From Octopus vulgaris (lineage: Eukaryota), in contig OX597815.1 in the NCBI GenBank assembly GCA_951406725.2, positions 134,292,001 to 134,356,000 of the forward strand: a stretch of 64,000 bases of DNA. The letters are read 5' to 3'. Positions 12,785 through 26,462 of this stretch are shown piece after piece (position 1 is the first letter of the stretch; each line of letters opens with the position of its first letter). The translations under genes were made by a program, and so were the position numbers. The notes below the pieces were generated by a model. The model ran no database searches, was not told the origin of the DNA, and saw only the letters and a list, made by a program, of their open reading frames with translations.

Positions 12785-15700
12785 ATGTATGTATGTATGC
12801 ATGCATGCATGAAAAAAAAGTATGTGTTGTTATATTATTCTTGAATGCTTTCTGTATAATTTCATGATTAGCCCCCATCTCAAACCTGGATAAACTATAC
12901 CTGTTTGAGAATGTCAGCATGTCTATTGTGTTGTGAAGATTGGGTTAGTGGAATAATGTTCAATGGTAATTTTACATGAAGTATTAATTTTAACATGGTA
13001 AGGTGTGATTTGAGGAAGGTTTGGCTGCTGTTCCTTGTAAGTTGAGCTACTACAAAGAAGCCCATTTGTTGGCTTGTATTTTTGTTTTATTGTATTGATA
13101 TACTTTTTGATTGAAACTAATGAGAATGAAGCATAACTCATTTAAACTGTGTGAATTTGATGTATTATTTGTATTCTGATATAATTAAACATCGAAACAC
13201 CTTCCAAAACAGCAAAGAATTTTGGTTAGTCCATTGGCAGAGTTCTCTATGAGATCTCTTCAAATACAGTCTGATTTAGCTTTCCAAACTTTGCCACAAA
13301 CACCACCTAAAATCCAAACAAATTAAATTAACCAAATGGATGAAACATACGCAGACACTATGTTTGCATATAACAAATTGTGCAGCCTAGACTTAGACGA
13401 GGCTGAGGTATGGTGTACTCAATGAAATGGACTTGTGGATTTCTTCCTGATCAACTGTTGTCATGCTACAAGATCTATTAGAAGAAGACTGGCTGAGAAT
13501 ACTCAATCACAATAACTTGTGCTAATAATTATGGATAGAAAGTTCTGGAAATAACTGAAACTAATCACATTCAATTTTCCCAGTTTTGAGTTGTGGTTTG
13601 ACTTGCTCTAGGGAGTAGCAAACTCGTCTTCAAATACACTTCCGACAATTTCAAAATAGTGATGTATTTTTAAGTCCTAAATCATAGGTTAATATGTCCT
13701 CAAAAATTTGGAAAACCACAGCCAATAATTTGATCAAGCATTGAAATAAATTCAATCAGAGCCAACTTGCTGAACATCTTATATCAACATATCCAGAGTG
13801 CAAGTGCAATGAGTTACTTATTGGATTACCTGCCACCATGCCATAGGTCTTTTGAAGCTGGCAGGTCTTATGTAATACAACTACTATAGGTTATAAAGTA
13901 TAACCATTCCATTAGCTTATTTTACTAATTCAGTTCTCTTTTCATTATGTTAATCTACTGTGTTCAAATAACAATGAAAATTTACCATTACACACTACAG
14001 TCAAGAATCACCTGCCAATGACAACACATTTCTCTGATCTCTTCAATTATTTTCTTTCTTTTATTTTCCCAAAATATCATAGGGTCATTAAACAAATTAT
14101 GTAAGGTAATTCAATACCTTTTCTCTTTGTTTTCATTCATTGACATCTCCTCATGTACTTGCAATGCAAATATTTATCTCATTTTAAATCAATTATTATT
14201 TTGATATTGTATTTGCCAGGGTTTATTAGCATTACTTCGTAAACTGAAATCTCAGCCTGACAAGGATGTACGATTATTGTTATTAGGACTTGACAATGCT
14301 GGTAAAACTACACTTTTGAAAAAACTTGCTTCAGAAGATATTAGCCACATAACACCAACTCAGGTAATTGTTTAAATATTCTGTTACTGTTACTTAACCT
14401 ACTGTTTTTATAATCAGAAGTTTCACATTGATTGCATACTTGTTGTGACCATTCTGCCAGTTTAATTATTGCATATTTTTTAATGCTTCTGTTTTCTCTC
14501 TCATCAGTGCAGTAATTAGTAGCAAATATGAACTCTGTTAATGATTAAATTTGGTTAAATATAAGTTAAAATCTGGTGACAAGACCAGTTAATTGTATCA
14601 ATCTATAGGTACAGGCATGATTGTGTAGTAAGAAGTTTGCTCCATAACCACATGGTTCTGCATGGCACCTTGGGCATGTATCTTCCACTATAGTTCCAGG
14701 CCAACTAAAACCTTGTGAACAGATTTGATAGAGGAAAGCTGACAGAATATGATGTTCTTGAGAAGACCCACCCACCTCAGCAAAAACTGAGTTTTGGAAG
14801 CACTGTGTATTATGTGTCCTCCACATACACATTACATTAATGCACCCCATCAATGAACCACACTAATCTCATCGTACAATTTGCTTGTCTCTCCCACCGC
14901 TACTCCTGCAGCCCAATGCTGCTTTGTCATTGTTCTCTTCTATCCTCCACCACTGCCAACTGTATCATTGCTGTCCTACCCTATAAACCTGTGCTCACTA
15001 CTCACTGCATTCCCCTTTTCCTCCCCTTCACTCACCCTCTTCTGTCCTATTGTACTACTCCACTTACATTCTTCTCCTTGCACCTTGAGAGTATATCCTG
15101 GCACATCTTCACCGCCATTCTCTCTCTCTCTCTATGTGTCTCCTCTAGAGCAAGACATCTATTTCTGTCTCTCTGTCATAGTTTCTCTCATCACCTATAT
15201 ATATAGAGAGAGACAGAGATACACACACATATATACACTATTTTAATGTCCATTTTGCCATGCTTGGGTGGGGAGGTAGGGCTTCTGCCACAGCCTATTT
15301 CCACTCAGTGCAGTCTTTTGTCATCCCCTCATAAGATGTAACAACTTTATCACTTTTTCAGAAATCTTCCTAGATCTTCCCCTTCCACAGGTTCCATTTA
15401 CTTTGAGTGTGCACCACCTCTTTGTACAATTGTCTGTGTCCATTTGTATCACATGTTCATACCAATGCAATTTTCTCTCTTGCACACTACATCTGATTCC
15501 TCTTATGTTTACTTTTCTCTCAGTTCATTTGTACAGTCTCATTTATATACATTAGTATTACACATCTAGCAAAGCATGTCTGCTTCATTTTTCTTTTCTA
15601 GTCTTCACAAATCCTCTCTGTTCAAGACAATGTCTCACTGCTCTACAATACCACGTTTCATACATTATCATTATAAATCTATCCCTCATTATCAGTGAAA

Positions 15701-18700
15701 AACCCTTTGTTGCCTGCATAAATATTAATGCCTTGAAGTTTCCAATCAGTTCTTATTCTGGCCACAATCTTCTCTGAACACTTGCCCCCACTGCAAGTGG
15801 GGGCAAGTGTTCAGAGAACTAAATAACTTAAGATATCCACTTCTTCTAGAAACTTGTCTAGGCACAGGTGAGAGAGTCTGCTTTGGATGTGCTTTTAGCA
15901 ATTTCTACAGTACAACCACTGTAAGCAAAAGCTGTTGTGTTTGTCAGCCTGCTTGTGAACCCACTACACATCTCATGCATTTATAGTTTATTCTTGAAAC
16001 ACTACTTGGAATCCTACATCCAGTTTTCCTTGCTTGCATGAAGTGGACAGAGATAGAATTTCTATGGCTTGATGCCCTTCTTGTTCTCAATCTTCGCTTG
16101 TTTCCAAGCAAGGTAAATATGTTTGAATGACATTGACACTCTCAACTATCATATGGAATCCTCTCGTTCAGTTATGTTTGATCCCATTTCCAGACAGCTT
16201 CTTGTTTCGGGTGCCACTAGAAAGGAATGAAATATTACTGTAAGATGCAAAATTATGTTTGACCCTCTGGCTGATAACTGATGAGGAGTTGGTGACATTC
16301 TGTGTCTGTTTTCCATTTGTTTGTGCAATTATTGTGTTTTTTAATTTATATATATATATATATATCATCATCATCATTTAACGTCCGTTTTCCATGCCTG
16401 CATGGGTTGGACGGTTCGACCGGGGTCTGGGAAGCCAGGAGGCTGCACCAGGCTCCAGTCTGATCTGGCAGTGTTTCTACAGCTGGATGTCCTTCCTAAC
16501 ACCAACCACTCGTGAGTGTAGAGGGTGCCTTTTATGTGCCACCGGCACAGAGGCCAGGGGAAGCTGGCAAACAGCTACAATTGGTTGGTGCTTTTACGTG
16601 TCACCGACATAGACGCCAGTCAGGCGGCGCTGGCATCTGCCATGTTCGGACAGTACTTTTTACATGTCATCGGCACAGGTATCTTAACTACAATTTCCAT
16701 TTGATTTTTATTTTGATGTTGGTGTTGACATACTTGACTCACTCCTCAAGAACAGCGGGTCACTCTACAATCCAAGGTTAGCACAGCAGGCCGTCCTGCG
16801 AGCCATGAACTCATTTCATTTGTTGGGTCTTCGCAGTCACAGCATATCTCAGAGGTCTCGGTCTTCGTCATTTCCTCTGTGAGGCCCCACCGGCATGGGT
16901 ATCACAACTACAATATCCATTCGATTTTTATTTTGATGTTGATGTACTTTACACAATAGGTCTCTTCAAGCACAGCAGGCCGTCATGCAAGCCATGAACT
17001 CACTTCATTTGTTGGGTCTTCGAAGTCACAGCATATCTCCAGAGGTCTCGGTCTTTCGTCATAGCCTCTGTGAGGTTCAACATACGAAGGTCATGTATAT
17101 ATATATGTTAGTAGCAGAGGTGGATGTTCCAAGAGTGCAGCTGTGTGAAGAAGAATAGGATGGGAAAAATTCAGAGAGCTCTTACCTCTGCTGGTAACAA
17201 AGGGCCTCTCTTTCAGAGTGCAAGGCAAATTGTATGATATTTGTGTGCGAACAGCTATGCTACACAGCAGTGAAACGTGGGCTGTGACAGCCGAGGACAT
17301 GCATAGGCTTGAAAGAAATGAAGCCAGTATGCTTCACTGGATGTACAATGTCAGTGTGCATGTTCAACATAGTGTAGGCATTTTGAGAGAAAAGTTGGGC
17401 ATAAGAGGCATCAGATGTGGTGTGCAAGAGGGACAACTGTGCTGGTGTGGTCATGTGATGCATATGGACATGGACAGCTGTGTAAAGAAGTGCTAATCTC
17501 TAACTGTGGAGGGAACATGTGGTAGAGGTAGACCCTGGAAGATCTGGGACAAAGTGGTGAAGCATGATCTTCGAAATTTGAGCCTCACAGAGGCAGTGAC
17601 TAATGACTGAGACCTTTGGCAATATGCTGTACTCAAGAAGACCCATCAAGCCAAGTGAAATCATAGTCATGGCTGATGCTGGTGTCATATAACTGGAGCA
17701 TAAAAAGCACCTTTCAAGCATTGGGCCTCATGGAGGCAAAGTGGCTGATACTGGTGACATGTGAAAAGCTCATTTTGAGTGTTGGGCCTGACGGAGGCAA
17801 TGACTGAGACCTTTGGCATTATATCATGCTTACAAAGAAGACCCATCAAGTCAAGTAAAATCACAATTGTGGAAGATAGCAGTATCATGCAAATGGCACC
17901 CATGCCAGTGACATGTAAAAAGCACCCATTACACTCTTGGAGTGGTTGGTGTTAGGAAGGGCATCTAGCTGTAGAAACCTTGCCAAATCAGACTGGAGTC
18001 TGGTGCAGCTTTTCAGCTTGCTACTCCTGTTCAAATCATCCAACCCATGCCAACATGGACAACGGACAGTAAATGATGATGATGATGATATATGTAAAAC
18101 GAGATATATGGCTATCTTATGGCCGTATATTTTCTGTTGAAATATGTTTGCATAGTAGTGAGTGAAAAGTAAATGTTCTGCTATGTCTCTCTCATTTGAA
18201 ATTTGCCATAATTAATGTTGATGGTGTTTTTCATTCTTATGGTTTCTAATAAATCTTTGTTTTACTTATTTTCCTGAAGGGCTTTAATATAAAAACCGTG
18301 CAATCTGAAGGTTTCCGCTTGAATGTCTGGGACATTGGTGGGCAGCGAAAGATTCGTCCATACTGGAAGAACTATTTTGAAAATACAGATGTCTTGGTAT
18401 TTTTCTTATTTTTGTCTTATCTTTTTAATATTTGTAAAATATTCATGGATGTGTAATGTCAGTGTGCATATATGACAGAGTGTAAGTGATTTGAGAGGAA
18501 AACTGGGTATACAAGGCATCAGATGTAGTGTGCAAGAGAGAAGACTGTGCTAATACATGTAATGTAATGTATTTGAATGAAGACAGTTGCATCAAGCAGG
18601 TGCCTATCTCTAATTGTAGAGAGAACATGTGGAAGGTGTGGACCCAGGAAGATATGGTATGAAGTGGTGAGAAAGGATCTACAGATATTTGGACTCACAG

Positions 18701-21700
18701 AGGGGATGACAGAAGACCTAGACTCCTGGCAGTTCACTGTGCTTGAGAAAATACACCAAACCAAGTAAAAGCATGGTTGTTCTTGCATACAGGCTTGTCT
18801 CCTGCATCCCTCTCCAGCTGAATATTCCTAAGCTTGTGGGCTTGTGTGTGCTGGTGCTATGTCAAAAGCACCCATACTGGTACCATGTAAACACATCTGT
18901 GCCAGTGCTATGTAAAAATCAGTCAGTACAGTGGTTGGCATTAGGATGGGTATCTAACTGTAGAGACCATGACAAAACAGACATAGATCCTGGGCAGCTG
19001 GTCAGCTCCTGTGAAACCATCCAACACATGCCAACATGGAAAATGGACGTTAAATGATGATGGTGATCATTCAAATATTTAAAGAATATTTTTACCTTTT
19101 ATCTTTTACTTGTTTCAGTCATTGGACTGGGGTAATTTGACAGTAGGGATGGGACGCACACACACACACAAACATATAGACTCAGGCATGCACAGAAGGC
19201 TTCCATGGAATTTGTTAACCAAATTCACTCAGACGGTTGTATTCAACCTGAGGCTATTGTAGAAGATGCTTGCCCAAGATGCCACACATTGGGACTGAAC
19301 CTGAAACCACATGACTGCAAAGCAAGCTTCTTAATCACACAGCCATAGTTGCACCTATTTGAATATTTAAAATGTTATCCTTTTCAAAGTTGATTAAAAT
19401 CAGTGTTTTTATGTCTGCTTTTCCATACTGGGATGAATTGGATCTTTTCTGAGGTCAACACCTGTATGCCTTTTTGATCACCAACCTTTCTAGTCAACTC
19501 TTATGACTTTTATTAAACATCAACCTTAATCTGAGTCTATCTCTGTGTTAATTTTGCCCCCCATTTGTGTCCCATCTTTTATAGAGTTATCTTGGTTACA
19601 TTCTATAAAGATGTGTGGAAAAGTGATTCTGTCTTAGAGTGAAGGTCAGATTTATGATATCTATGTACAAAGTATAATATTGCTTGGTAGTGAAACATGG
19701 GAATTTAATGTGAAAGCTGGAAAGAAATGAAGGAAGCATTGTCTGCTGGTTATGTAATGATAATGTTGACAGTTGATTGTACACAAATGAGCTGAAACAA
19801 AAATTGTGCATTAGGAGAGGCTGCACAGCTATGGATATATGATACACATGAATGGTGGTAGTTTGGTAAAGAAGTGCAAAGTAGAAGGATCCTGTGAAAG
19901 AGGAAGGATGAAGAAGGCATGGGAAGAAGTGGTGAAAACTAAATGTAGAATGTTGAAACTGAAGAAGGGATTACGAGTAGAAAGGCATTGTGTTAAAGAT
20001 CCATCCAATTCATGGTGATAAAAATCAACCCAATGAGATTTGAACTCTGATTGTAAAAGTATATAAATACTACCAAGTATTTACTTTGGCTCTGTTGATT
20101 CAGCCATTTCTTGTGGAAGAAAATGGTTGTTGATTTATACCAGGTCAGTTCTTATCAAGCAAATGATCAAAATGTATTGCAGCCATGATTAGCCTATCTC
20201 TTTTCCCAGATATATTGTATCTAAGACAACACTATTGGTTTGAAGATGGTAGAGATATGGGGCATTTAGCTATTGTTTCTAGTTGATTGAAATCCATGTA
20301 GGGGCACCTTCATTGGCACATAGAAATTGTGTTGTGTAGGTATGATGCTTGTAATATTTAAGAGAAGAGTACATGGAGATGTATTGTTGTTGATGTCTCT
20401 GCTGAAGGCTTTTAATAATATGAAGTGTTATCAATTCATAACAACCTTTGAAAATTTGGTGTTGTAAGGAGTTTCTATCTCACCATGGGACCATCAAATA
20501 ATTAGTAAAAGTAATGATTTTTTAACATAGCACAAACCCATAAATTTTAAGGAAGGGTACAAGTGATTAAATCTGTCACTAATGCCTAACAAGTATTTAT
20601 TTTATTGGGTCTAGAAGAAGGGAAAGGAAAGTTGCCTAGAACAGGTTTTGAATGCCTAGCATAAAAAGGCATAACTAAATATCACAAGATTTTAACTATT
20701 TTGTCTGGCTTCTTTCTAATTATACCACATACTGCTTTTGTAAACAATTTTCTTATAAGCCTATCCCACAGTCTCTTTTGCAGCTTACACCCTCCTTTCC
20801 TGAACTTTCTTTCACCACACCATTATCTTCTGTCCACCTTCTTGGACATGATACTCCTAAATTTACATGATTCAATGCAAACTCATTAGTGCTGGTATCA
20901 CAGTAAACTGCTCCTGATACACTTTGTAAGGCAGTTGACAAATGAGCAAAGATAAATGTAGAGTCAAGAGGACTGTGTGGTCTCAGTCAGAGCATGACAA
21001 CCTCTCTAGTACTGGTGTTAAAATAAAATGCACTGAAAACACTCATAAGTGACTAGACCAAGATGACACTTCCAACCAAGGCATGGGAAGTGGCTGTAAA
21101 ACAATGAAGGTGGTAACAAAATTTGGTAAACAAACTTTGGAAGCATCGAATGTGTTTTGTATTTTACAGATGAGAAAGTAAATTTTGAACGTAGTATAGC
21201 TCTGAAAACAGCAGAAAGATTGGGTATTTTACCCTTATAGCTACTATTCTTTAGCATTTAATTTGACAGTGATTGTTGTCAGTGGGCCGTTTAGCTTAAT
21301 GACAGATTACTCAGCTGGTATCCGAGGGGTATGGGTTCAAGTCCCATAGCTGTATGCTGACAATTTTTTCTGTCTTATAAGAGTAAAATACCCAATCTTT
21401 CTGCTGTTTTCACAGCCATACTGCATTCAAAATTTACTTTCTTGTTTGTAAAATGAAGGTGGTGGTGGTGGGTTAGGTAGTGGCAGCAGTAATAATGATA
21501 ACAACAATAATAATTTAGACAAGAAGAAGGAACTATGTCCATGGCTTTTGCAGGTTACCTGAAACTTAAGAGATTACTAGGGTTGATGTCACTTTGAACA
21601 TCTGAAAGTTGATGTCTGTGGGGAGAAATATGGATAAGAAAGGAATTCCCAAAGATGTTGTGGAAATGAAGAAATGAGCATAGTAAATAGCGAGGGGTAT

Positions 21701-24700
21701 GGTTTAAGTGAAATACTATTGGTGATGAAAGGAGAAGAAATAGGTGGGTCAGATTGGAGTTAGCTAGTTCTAAGGAGCAGAAGCAGTTGTAGTCATATAA
21801 AAGACAGAGTCAGAGACAGCACACTCATTCAATATGTACCAAGTGGCTTCACTCTGCATACTTTAGCACTGTTACTATAGTAAGTCCTGATACATTTTGA
21901 TCAGACCTTGGTGAAGAGCAATTCATTTTGACCGTTCCACTTTTGAGGAGAAGAGAAAAAGTGAGCTTTTGAGGTGAAGAAGCAAAAAGTGAGCTTTTTT
22001 TGTCTATCATTTAGAAAAGTTTAATCATGAATTGCAATCAGATTAAAGATTTGATTTGCCAAGAAAAAATTTAAAATTCATTCACTCAGCACTAAACAAA
22101 TAATTAAATATTTCACACGTTTCTTCTCTTTCAGATATATGTTATTGATAGTTCAGACAAAAAACGTTTTGAAGAAACTGGTGAGGTAAGTTAAAATATC
22201 GACAATACATTCACATCAATATTTTAACATCTTTCTATCATTTGATTAGCATTCCATCATTGGCATTTCATCTTTTTATTAGGCATAGTGTATTCTTTAT
22301 CTAGTCTAGAGTGTAAGTGTAAGAAATTTTTCTTCCATTTTTAACTAGTCAAGTAATTTCACAGATGTAATGGCACAAATTACTGCACATAGTTGCAATA
22401 ATTTGTGTTGTTTAGTCCCAAGTCAGCTGTGACCTAGCAAACTTATAACCAAAGCCATTCCAATTGTGACTGTCTCTGGTGCATTTTCTAAATCTGAAGA
22501 AGAATCTGGTACTTATTTTATTAGTATCAGAAGAATCTTGTACTTATTCTATTTGCCAGACCACTCAGTTATGAGGATGTAAACAAACCAACAATGGTTG
22601 TCAAGCATGATGGTGAGAACAAACACAATTACAAAGACACACACACAATGGGTTTCCACACAGGTTCCATCTATCAAATTCACTCAGAAAGCATTGGTCA
22701 GCCTGGGACTTCAGTAGAAGACACTTGCCCAAGGTGCCATACAGTGGGACTGAACTCAAAACCTAATGGTTGCAAAATTAATCATACAGGCATCTCTGTG
22801 CTTTCACCACATTGAAAATGCTTTGGTTTATTTTTCATGGAAAAACCCTCAACCATTGCTGAATTATTAGGCATGACTAATGTGGTATGTTTGTAATTTT
22901 AAAAGCACACTAATCTTTTAATGTTTATGTATATGTCTGTGTGAGTGTATGTATACGAGGTTTGATCAAAAAGTATGAGGATTAGCACTAGAAAAAGAGA
23001 ACTACAGCACATATCAATTCAGCATTTAATCTCCTAAGTAATCCCCTTCTGAAGCCACACACTTTATCCAGAGTTGCATCCATTGATGAAAGCATTCTTG
23101 GAACTCCTTTTTGGGAACAGTGAGCAGGTGTATGGTTGCATTCTCTTTGATTTCCTTGAAGTCTTGAAATTTTGCTGTGAGTCTTCCACTGTGAAGACTG
23201 ATCTTTGGTTTCAAGGTTATAGCCATAGACTTATGATTATGACTGTTTGCAAACACTTATCTTTCATAACACTATCAAGGAGATTCTGCACAGCTGAAAC
23301 CTGATCTTTTTGAGACAACCACACTCTACACACATTACTTCCAAGCACTGCTATAAAGAGTAGAAGTGAGTGAGAGCATAATAACTTAGTGTGCATGCAC
23401 AACAGAGTTAAAGTTTAATCTGTGCCAAGTGGCTTCACTCCGCATACTTTAGCTCTGTTACTATAGTAATAGTCCTGATACTTTTTGATCAAACCTTGGC
23501 GAAGAGCAATTCATTTCGACTGTTCCACTTTCGAGGAGAAGAGAAAGACTGAAGAAGAAGCAAAAAGAATGTAACTCAAGGCCCAGCAACTTCAGCCTAG
23601 ACCACCACCCGCCCTGCCATGTGATAAATGCCTGGGGCTGTTCCATTCCCAACTTGGCCTTCTGAGCCATATCAGGTTTAAGCATCATGGGGGCACCAGA
23701 TGAACCAAACTCAGACAGGAGTGGTGCTGCTGCCACCAATCATGTTAAACCATTAATCCGTATACATTTTTTTCATTCTCTCTCCTTTTTTTTCCCTCTT
23801 AACCCCTTCTGTTGAAGGGCATAGGCTCACGATATCAAAGACGTTTCCATTCTTCCCAAGCATCAAACTAATACACCTGCTTGTTCCTCTTTTGTCTTTT
23901 GTTTTCTGTAAATTTGAACTATGTGTGTGTGTGTGTAAACTTTAAAGTTAATGAAGTCATTTACATAACTTGTTCCATTTTCATTCAGTTATTCACATTA
24001 TGCTCTGTACCTGCCTAATGCTTTACTCTAAAGCAGATGAGTTCTAACAACAATACCTAAGTGAAATCATACAATATTATATTTCTTACAGGAGCTGTTT
24101 GAATTAATGGAGGAGGAGAAGTTGAATGGTGTGCCACTGTTAGTGTTTGCCAACAAACAGGATCTTCTGAATGCAGCAGAAGCCTCACAAATAGCTAATG
24201 GTCTCAATTTACATGCTCTTCGAGATCGCAAATGGCAAATCTGTCCTTGTTCTGCGATGACTGGAGAGGGAATTGATGTAAGTTCTAGTTACTTAGAAAT
24301 ACTGTGTTTAAGTTTTTTTTGGTTTGTCCCCAGTTAATTGAGAACCTGCAAAGATGTTCCATTCATAACCTTCTCATCCTAATTTCAGATGTAATACATT
24401 TAGGGCTACAATATCCAATGTGTCCTTCCAGTTTTTTTTTGTTTGTTTTAGACAGTTGTGTAAGCCATAAATGCTATACTCTATCTTGTATAAATTTTAA
24501 GTCCCTTGGCTTCTGGAGATAATGTCAGACAATTATCATGCTAACAACAGCTGTTGATCTAGAAACTGTCCTCTTATCCCCAAACAATAAAGCCTGTCTT
24601 CCTTTATGGCATGTCAGTTTGGAAGAATATTTGAATCTTGAGATTATCTCCCCTTCTCAAGTGGCCGGGGGCTGGATACATGCTCTAGAAGTGGAGATGA

Positions 24701-26462
24701 TTTTAATAAATCAAGAATTTATGTTGTATGGCCACTCATTTTTGTTTAAATTATTGAGTTATTGCAGCTTTTTTATCAACAATAACAACATGTAACAAAA
24801 ACATCTTTAAATGATTAAAAAGTACCCACTACACTCACGGAGTGGTTGGCGTTAGGAAGGGCATCCAGCTGTAGAAACATTGCCGGATAAGACCGGAGCC
24901 TGGTGCAGCCTTCTGGCTTCCCAGATCCCCTGTCGAACCGTCCAACCCATGCTAGCATGGAGAACGGACGTTAAACGATGATGATGATGATATTCACCTC
25001 TACTTCAATTACTGCTTCCCATTTGCTTGACAGACGGTCAGATCGTCATTTAAAGATGTTTTTGTTAAATAATGCTATTGTTTATGTTGGATAAAATTTG
25101 TTGAAAAAAAGCTGCAATAATTGTGCACCAACCCAATATGATCTAACAGTTTGAGTGATTATTTTGATGCTTCTTTCTTTCTTATTTCATTCTTTAACAC
25201 TTTAATATCATTGGTTTCCTAACCATTATATTTCTTTCTCTTACTGTTTTGTACTTATTTTTATGTAAATAACTTGGGTGAGATGATATATCTTCATTAT
25301 TATTTTTAAAGTCTTTCCATGCTTGCATAATAAAGACCTGTATGGGTCAGACAAGACTAAGCTGGAGCAGAATTTTTCTATGGCTGGATCCCTTCCTAAC
25401 ACTAATGCCCCTTCAATCTGTCAAACAAGAAACGATTTGGATGTTGTTATGCAAAGATCTGGAAACAAATGACACCAGTTGAATGAGGCCTTTCTTTTAC
25501 AAAGATTATGTGCCATGTCAAGAAACCTGAGTGTGGTTCCACAGTAAACTGCAAGCAAATGATATTGTTTGCCTGCAAGGTCATTATTTACAACTGGCAA
25601 AAATATGAATATGAAGGTCAACATTAATTCACTTACACCATATATATATGAAGTATTCAGTAGAAGGGAATATTCAACAAATTTTCAAAAATTGCTTTTC
25701 TCATTTTGAAGGTATATCTGAAACCTCATTTTTATCCATGTAAAAAAAAAATGATTAGAGCTTAATTCACACTCTTTCACATGAAAATTTAAGGTGGAAG
25801 GTTGGTAGTAAGCAAACAAGAGATGGGCTCAGAGGATTCCAAGTGTTGTAGAGACAAAAAGTTGTCTGATAATTAAATTTGTTTGGTATAGATATGTGAT
25901 GGACTTTTATCCTGTTTTCTTTTCCTCTTAATATTTTTGTGTGTGTGTGTGTTATGAAATTAATATCTCCAATATAACCAAAACATTTCACAGTCATTTA
26001 TAAGCTAGCTATGAATCAAAAAGATATAATAAAAAAATTACAATTGTCTTCTTTTTTCAATATATCAACACTTATTAGATAACAATAGTTCACTTACATA
26101 CATACATATTCCAATTAGTAACTTAACAAAAAAACCTTGAAACAAATTTTAAACAGCTTTTATGACAGATTTGTAAAATGTTGACTATTCTCTTCCTCCA
26201 CTGAACACATCATACCTGCAATGCACTTTCAGGTTTTGTCAACAAAATCCACTCACAAGACTTTTAACTGGCTTGGGGCTATAATAGAAGACACTCGCCC
26301 AAGGTGTCATGCAGTGGAACTGAACTTGGAAACATGTAGTTGGGAAGCGAACTTCTTAACCATTCATTTAGAAATTTAAGTTGACATATTCATGCTGTGA
26401 TCTGTTTTCTTTTTCAGGTTGGTGTATCATGGATGTTGAAAAGTTTACCAAAAAAGAAATAA
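11292..26462 (+). CDS. ARL3: ADP-ribosylation factor-like GTPase 3, complete gene; join(11292-11294,14220-14363,18280-18396,22135-22185,24092-24277,26418-26462), 181 aa
   Basis: Manual splicing at GT/AG sites gives [131 protein letters not shown]...[25 protein letters not shown]1, G3, G4 and G5 motifs are present, with the ARL3-typical [12 protein letters not shown] and [10 protein letters not shown]. Confidence 0.97.
11607..12016. mobile_element. MITE (Merlin-like) in ARL3 intron 1
   Basis: 26-bp TIR GGTAATTGTT(C/T)AGTTTACGTTCGTAA; perfect 8-bp TSD CAAAGTAT at 11599-11606 and 12017-12024. Confidence 0.85.
14220..14363 (+). CDS. ARL3: ARL3 exon 2
   Basis: ttgccag|GGT...CAG|gtaatt; encodes [10 protein letters not shown]...GLDNAGKTT...ITPTQ. 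Confidence 0.97.
15290..16010 (-). mobile_element. Degenerate RTE-type LINE fragment
   Basis: The reverse complement resembles the RTE fragment at 17110-17700. Confidence 0.55.
16365..17090 (-). mobile_element. SINE or LINE tail ending in (GAT)n, with internal tandem units
   Basis: CATCATCATTTAACGTCCG...GGATGTCCTTCCTAAC family, repeated many times in the window. Confidence 0.8.
17110..18090 (+). mobile_element. RTE-type LINE 3' fragment with tail
   Basis: [59 protein letters not shown]; ends in (GAT)n. Confidence 0.9.
18280..18396 (+). CDS. ARL3: ARL3 exon 3
   Basis: cctgaag|GGC...TTG|gtattt; encodes GFNIKTV...[23 protein letters not shown]. Confidence 0.97.
18445..19068 (+). mobile_element. 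RTE-type LINE 3' fragment
   Basis: Same family as 17110-18090. Confidence 0.75.
21115..21451 (+). mobile_element. Inverted-repeat element enclosing a tRNA-like sequence (21285-21354)
   Basis: ~80-bp inverted arms at 21161-21240 and 21375-21454; B-box GGTTCAAGTCC; 12-bp direct repeat AATGAAGGTGGT at 21103 and 21452. Confidence 0.75.
22135..22185 (+). CDS. ARL3: ARL3 exon 4
   Basis: ctttcag|ATA...GAG|gtaagt; encodes [17 protein letters not shown]. Confidence 0.97.
22956..23497 (-). mobile_element. Internally deleted mariner
   Basis: TIR CGAGGTTTGATCAAAAAGTAT / ATACTTTTTGATCAAACCT; [25 protein letters not shown] transposase C-terminus. Confidence 0.85.
24092..24277 (+). CDS. ARL3: ARL3 exon 5
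   Basis: cttacag|GAG...GAT|gtaagt; encodes [11 protein letters not shown]...FANKQDL...[10 protein letters not shown]. Confidence 0.97.
24820..24991 (+). mobile_element. Young SINE ending in (GAT)n, nested in a mariner-type MITE (~24752-25138)
   Basis: Close to the family consensus with CpGs intact; flanking TTATTGCAGCTTTT / AAAAGCTGCAATAA inverted ends. Confidence 0.8.
26418..26462 (+). CDS. ARL3: ARL3 exon 6 (terminal)
   Basis: ttttcag|GTT...TAA; encodes [20 protein letters not shown] signals follow at 26714 and 26935. Confidence 0.9.
   Translation, partial: VGVSWMLKSLPKKK

Noticed and set aside
21285-21354. Functional tRNA-Thr(GGT) gene
   Set aside because: Acceptor, D and anticodon stems are mismatched, a GGT anticodon is atypical for eukaryotes, and it is embedded in a repeat with a TSD.
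23805-23845. Third hammerhead-like motif (CTGTTGAAGGGCATAGGCTCACGATATC)
   Set aside because: Both catalytic cores are degenerate; at most a relic of a Penelope-type tail.
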